Assembly (NCBI GenBank): GCA_963803265.1
Contig: CAWDLZ010000017.1
Span: forward strand, 52,813 to 116,812
Source of the DNA: an uncultured Alphaproteobacteria bacterium
Lineage (GTDB): Bacteria > Pseudomonadota > Alphaproteobacteria > ATCC43930 > CGMCC-115725
Reading direction: 5' to 3'
DNA: 64,000 bases
Shown: piece after piece, positions 60,054 through 64,000 of the stretch
Layout: the number at the start of each line of letters is the position of its first letter
Position numbering within the stretch: position 1 is the first letter of the stretch
Program-made: the position numbers and the translations under genes
The notes under the pieces: generated by a model
Told to the model about the DNA's origin: nothing
Database searches by the model: none
What the model saw: only the letters and a program-made list of their open reading frames with translations

Positions 60054-61025
60054 CTAATACCTCACCACTTGGCACAGCGCGCCGGAGGGCGCGGCGGCGA
60101 GCCGCGCCATTTCTTGCGGCAGTTGGTCGAGCCCGCACTCGCCGGAGACGAGCTTGTCATAGATCGGATCGGCCAGCAGCGCTAAGGCGAGCTCAAGCCG
60201 CTGGCGACGGCTGCGCCGCGCGCGGCGGGCCTGAGCCACTGCGCCGACTTGGCTCGATTTGAGCGTCAGGCGGCGGCTGTGGAATTCCTCGCCCAAGGGT
60301 GCCGCCACGCTGCGGTCGCCATACCAGCTCAGCTCGATCACGCTCGCCTCGAAGCCGGCAAGCTGCAGCGCCGTCGCTAACCCGGCGGGCTGGCCGCTCG
60401 CGTGAAACACCAGATCGGCGTCGCCCGAGGCGTCCTCCGGCAGGGCGAAACGGCAACCGAGCGTCGCGGCTAGGCGCGCGCGGCCAGGGTTGATGTCGAT
60501 GAGCTCGACGTGAAGCGCCGGCAGCTTCGCGACCAGCGATGCGACCAGGCACCCGACCACGCCCGCGCCGATGACGGCGACACGGTCGCCGATGCGGGGG
60601 CCTGCGTCCCAGGTCGCGTTGAGCGCGGTTTCCATGTTGGCCGCGAGCACGGCGCGCTCGCTCGGCACCGCGTCGGGCACGGGCACGAGCGCCGCTTCCG
60701 GCACGACATAGCGATCCTGATGCGGGTAGAGGCAGAAGACGCGCCTGCCCCTAAGCTCGGCCGATCCCTCTTCGACGATGCCGACCGAGGCGTAGCCGTA
60801 TTTCACCGGCGCGGGAAACTCGCCGTCCTGGAACGGGCAACGCATCGCGCTTTTCTGGCTGGCCGGCACCTGGCCCCTGAACACCAGGTTCTCGCTGCCG
60901 CGGCTGATGCCGCTAAAGACGGCGCGCACCAGCGCCTCGCCGGGCGCGCGGGGTTTGAGCGCCACGTCGCGAATCTCGCCGCGGCCGGCCTCGGCCAGCC
61001 AGAAGGCGCGCGCCTCAACTGCCAT
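60054..61025 (-). CDS. Zinc-type (MDR superfamily, BchC-like) alcohol dehydrogenase family protein
   Basis: Start at MAVEARAFWL. GISRGSENLVFRG, KYGYASVG and the VAVIGAGVVG Rossmann motif. 11-nt overlap with the RibD-C gene. Confidence 0.75.
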   Translation of the reverse strand: MAVEARAFWLAEAGRGEIRDVALKPRAPGEALVRAVFSGISRGSENLVFRGQVPASQKSAMRCPFQDGEFPAPVKYGYASVGIVEEGSAELRGRRVFCLYPHQDRYVVPEAALVPVPDAVPSERAVLAANMETALNATWDAGPRIGDRVAVIGAGVVGCLVASLVAKLPALHVELIDINPGRARLAATLGCRFALPEDASGDADLVFHASGQPAGLATALQLAGFEASVIELSWYGDRSVAAPLGEEFHSRRLTLKSSQVGAVAQARRARRSRRQRLELALALLADPIYDKLVSGECGLDQLPQEMARLAAAPSGALCQVVRY

Positions 61026-61800
61026 CGCCGCCGTCGAAGATGCACTCGAACAGGATGTCCTGGCCCAGCGCGACGCGCCGGACATTCGGGCGCAGGCCTA
61101 GGCCGGGCCCAGCGATCTCGGGCAGCGACAGGCTCGGCCGGCCCGAGCCCAGGATCATCGGCGCCACCGTCAGCTGCAACCGGTCGAGGCAGCGCGCGCG
61201 CAGGAAATGCGAGACAGTGATGCCGCCGCCCTCGATGAACAGAAAATGAAGCCGCCGCTCGGCCAGCGCCCGCGCGATCGCAGCTGGCGCGATGATGCCG
61301 TCCTGGCGCGGCAGCTTCACGACCTCGGCCGCGCCCGCGCTTGCGGCCTTGGGGCAATCGCTGGCGGCAATGACGAGGGTGCGCGCGCTGGCGTCGGTGA
61401 AGACGCGGTGATGGGGCCCAAGCCTGCGGTCGGGGTCGATCACCACCCGCACGGGATGCTCGCCCTGGCAGCGCCGAACGGTCAAGAGCGGGTCGTCGTT
61501 GCGGATGGTGTCGGCGCCCACCACGACCGCGTCGGCGAGCGCCCGCAAGCGGTGGGTATGGCGCAAATCCTCCTCGCCCGAGATCCAGCGCGAGGCGCCC
61601 GAGGCGGTGGCAATGCGGCCGTCGAGGCTTTGCGCCAAATGCGCGACGGCAAAGCTCTGGCCGCGCGGCACGGCGCAGAGCGGCCCGTAGAGCTCGGCGA
61701 GCTCGCCCCCGCCCGGCGGCGCCCCCGCGCCGCGCCGGCACGCCAGCATCGCTTGCCACTGCGCGTCGGCGCGCGCGGCTATGTCGCCCTCGGCGGCCAT
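61015..61800 (-). CDS. RibD C-terminal domain (pyrimidine reductase-like) protein, no deaminase domain
   Basis: 261 aa. AQSLDGRIATASG, DAVVVGADTIRNDDPLLTVR and FIEGGGITVSHFL. Confidence 0.8.
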   Translation of the reverse strand: MAAEGDIAARADAQWQAMLACRRGAGAPPGGGELAELYGPLCAVPRGQSFAVAHLAQSLDGRIATASGASRWISGEEDLRHTHRLRALADAVVVGADTIRNDDPLLTVRRCQGEHPVRVVIDPDRRLGPHHRVFTDASARTLVIAASDCPKAASAGAAEVVKLPRQDGIIAPAAIARALAERRLHFLFIEGGGITVSHFLRARCLDRLQLTVAPMILGSGRPSLSLPEIAGPGLGLRPNVRRVALGQDILFECIFDGGDGS

Positions 61801-61826
61801 GCTAGACCCATTCCCCGGAACGCATA

Positions 61827-62432
61827 ATGGGCAAGGAGCGGTTCCTGGTCACACACAATTTTTCGCGAGCCATCCCGCAGCCGTTCGGCGCCGCGAACTG
61901 GGTGACGCTGGTGCGCGCGATTTTTGCCGCAGCGCTTCTCGGAGGCGCGGCGGGCGCGGCCTGGGGCGGGCTTGTCCTCGGGGAGGGCGTGCGCTGGGCG
62001 GTGACCGCCGGCGCCGCGGCGGCGCTCGCGCTCGATGGCATCGACGGCGCGCTCGCGCGGCGGCTCGGCCGGGAAAGCCGCTTCGGCGCGCGCTTCGATA
62101 TGGAAACCGACTCAGCGACAATCCTGGCTTTGGCGCTGCTGGTCTGGCTCTCGGGCCAGGCCGGGGCGTGGGTTCTCCTTAGCGGCCTCTTACGCTATGG
62201 CTTCTTAGCGGCGGGCTGGCTGGCGCCGGCGCTAGCGGCCCCGCTGCCGCCGCGCCGGCGCCGGCAAACGGTGTGCGTCGCGCAGATGGCGGCCTTGATC
62301 CTGGCCTTGGCGCCGCCAATTACAGGCGTCTGGGGCGCGAGAATTTGCCTCGCCGGGCTGATGCTGCTGGGCTATTCCTTCGCCAGCGACGTCGCCTGGC
62401 TGGCGCGGCGGAAAAGCGAGGCGGCGGGTTGA
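61827..62432 (+). CDS. CDP-alcohol phosphatidyltransferase family membrane protein
   Basis: 201 aa, multi-TM. Signature DGIDGALARRLGRESRFGARFDMETD (DGx2ARx8Gx3Dx3D). Confidence 0.85.
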   Translation: MGKERFLVTHNFSRAIPQPFGAANWVTLVRAIFAAALLGGAAGAAWGGLVLGEGVRWAVTAGAAAALALDGIDGALARRLGRESRFGARFDMETDSATILALALLVWLSGQAGAWVLLSGLLRYGFLAAGWLAPALAAPLPPRRRRQTVCVAQMAALILALAPPITGVWGARICLAGLMLLGYSFASDVAWLARRKSEAAG

Positions 62433-62449
62433 ACGGTTCCGGCGAAGCA

Positions 62450-63544
62450 ATGACGGATCTACGATTGCTCAGGCTCATCGACCGCGTTATGGGCGATCTG
62501 CGGCGGGGCGACTTCGCGCTGATCCGCGGCACTAGGCGCAGCGCCGTGATCCAGGCCGCCGAGGAGGCGACCAGCGACAGCCTGGCGCGGCTGGCGACGC
62601 TGGCCTCGGGCGCGGTCGAACTCGCCTTGACGCGGCGCCGCGCGGCGGTGCTCGGCCTGGCGCCGGCGCCGAGCGCGTCCGGCGGCAGCGTGGTGCTGAA
62701 GATTCCGCCCGGCACCGAGGCGTCCTATGTCCATCGGCTCGCCGATCCCGGCGCCGCGGTGGTCGGGCTCGGGGTGGTGGCGCCCGTGGGCGACGCCGTA
62801 GCCGACGCGGCGGTCGAATTGACGAAGCTCGCGCGCTTGCTGCCGGCCGCGATTATCGCCGCGGTCGTGCCCGGCGACACCGCCAAGCTCGCCGCCGAGT
62901 ACGGCCTCTTCGTGGTCGAGGCGGCCGGGGTGTTCGCCTATCAGCAGGCTGCCGCGCGCAGCTTGCGGATCGTGAGCGAGGCGCGCGTGCCGCTCGCCGA
63001 TGCCGAGAACACGCGCCTCGTTCATTTCCGGCCCGCCGACGGCGGGGTCGGTCATGTCGCGATCGTCATCGGCGATCCCGATCCGGCTTCGCCCGTGCTG
63101 GTGCGGCTGCATTCCGAATGCTTCACCGGCGATCTCCTGGGCAGTCTGCGCTGCGATTGCGGCGATCAACTGCGCGGCGCGATCGCCGAGATCGCGCGGG
63201 CCGGCGGCGGCGCGGTGCTCTATTTGTCGCAGGAAGGCCGCGGGATCGGCCTTGCCAACAAGCTCCGGGCCTATGAGCTGCAGGACGCCGGCTTCGACAC
63301 GGTCGACGCCAACGAGCTCCTCGGCTTCGACGCCGACGAGCGGGTCTACCTGCCGGCGGTCGCGATGCTGCGCGCGCTCGGCTTCTCGCGGGTGCGGCTG
63401 CTCACCAACAATCCCGAGAAGGTCGCGGCGCTGACCAAGGCGGGGATCGAGGTGGTCGAGCGGGTGCCGCATATCTTTCCGGCCAACGCCCATAACGAGC
63501 GCTATCTGCGCACCAAGGCGCGGCGCGGCGGGCACCTGCTCTAA
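62450..63544 (+). CDS. ribA: GTP cyclohydrolase II with ~170-aa N-terminal extension
   Basis: 364 aa from MTDLRLLRL. C-terminal VRLHSECFTGDLLGSLRCDCG (zinc Cys triad), QEGRGIGLANKLRAYELQ and LLTNNPEKV. Confidence 0.85.
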   Translation: MTDLRLLRLIDRVMGDLRRGDFALIRGTRRSAVIQAAEEATSDSLARLATLASGAVELALTRRRAAVLGLAPAPSASGGSVVLKIPPGTEASYVHRLADPGAAVVGLGVVAPVGDAVADAAVELTKLARLLPAAIIAAVVPGDTAKLAAEYGLFVVEAAGVFAYQQAAARSLRIVSEARVPLADAENTRLVHFRPADGGVGHVAIVIGDPDPASPVLVRLHSECFTGDLLGSLRCDCGDQLRGAIAEIARAGGGAVLYLSQEGRGIGLANKLRAYELQDAGFDTVDANELLGFDADERVYLPAVAMLRALGFSRVRLLTNNPEKVAALTKAGIEVVERVPHIFPANAHNERYLRTKARRGGHLL

Positions 63545-63551
63545 CCGGCCC

Positions 63552-63759
63552 ATGCGCGCCTTGACTTATGCGTTGGCGCTTTCGGCGCTGCTCGGCGGAT
63601 GCACTCCGGTCGTCCAACTCCGCGACGCGAAAACCGGGCAGACGGCGACCTGCGGCGGCGAGCTCCCGCTCCATCGACAGTTCCGCCCGGGACGAGCATT
63701 GCCTGGAGTTCTTCCACAAACAGGGTTTCGACCCTATCCAGCCGGCGCCGGCCCACTAA
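63552..63759 (+). pseudogene. Small lipoprotein, one +1 frameshift
   Basis: MRALTYALALSALLGGCTPVVQLRDAKTGQTATCGG (lipobox LGGC) continues in the next frame as ...SIDSSARDEHCLEFFHKQGFDPIQPAPAH. Length is 208 nt = 3n+1. The shift lies somewhere in about 63655-63690. Confidence 0.55.
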
Positions 63760-63889
63760 CCGGGGCGCGGGGCTCCGCCCGACCCGGCAGATCCTTCCCG
63801 GTGCCGCGCGACGCCAGCCTCAACGCCTTGATCGGATATGGCTTTCTGCTTGGCATCCGGCTTGCAACGAGCCGGCGAGGTGACATGCC

Positions 63890-64000
63890 ATGTCCGATGC
63901 CAGCCTGACCGCCCAACTGCAAGCGGGCGCCACTCCGTCCGGCCCGCCGGCCGCGGCCACCGGCGCCGCGCTCTGGTCGAAGGGCGGCTTCGGCTTCAAG
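63890..64000 (+). CDS. 5' end of an unidentified protein gene running off the window
   Basis: ATG at 63890 preceded by GAGG. The open frame MSDASLTAQLQAGATPSGPPAAATGAALWSKGGFGFK runs to the window end, which is too short to classify. Confidence 0.35.
   Translation, partial: MSDASLTAQLQAGATPSGPPAAATGAALWSKGGFGFK

Overview
High-GC (roughly two-thirds G+C by eye) alphaproteobacterial chromosome segment. Gene content and order look origin-proximal and Rhizobiales/Hyphomicrobiales-like: mltA-tim44 / secB / dnaQ-coaE-aroE-maf-DUF299 / hemE-hemH-hemJ-rho, then mnmE-mnmG-rsmG-parA-parB, holA-lptE-leuS, and ftsK-lolA. I support about 70 protein-coding genes, one tRNA-Gly(GCC), two perfect parS sites, a two-copy ~100-nt palindromic intergenic repeat, two intrinsic terminators and one sigma-54-type promoter. 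I saw no rRNA, CRISPR array, IS/transposase, integrase or prophage. Most of the window is ordinary housekeeping DNA. Points worth a second look: (1) A divergent cluster at 56.3-63.5 kb encodes GTP cyclohydrolase II, a RibD-C reductase, a Zn-dehydrogenase, a PTPS/QueD-like protein with a degenerate active site, a GT4 glycosyltransferase, a SAM methyltransferase and a CDP-alcohol phosphatidyltransferase. I cannot map it to a known pathway, and it is my best candidate for an undescribed system (a GTP-derived, glycosylated and possibly lipid-linked metabolite). A low-GC insertion carrying two toxin-less antitoxin-like genes splits it. (2) About 15 single-base frameshifts, all consistent with +1 insertions, hit conserved and essential genes (rho, leuS, ftsK, hemJ and others). 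This points to assembly or sequencing error rather than real decay. (3) A low-GC islet carries an Amt/MEP ammonium transporter with no glnK, next to a PP2C-phosphatase/Ser-Thr-kinase fusion. (4) There is a candidate hemE-linked oriC and a possible small RNA. All family assignments come from motif recognition by eye, and no database search was possible.
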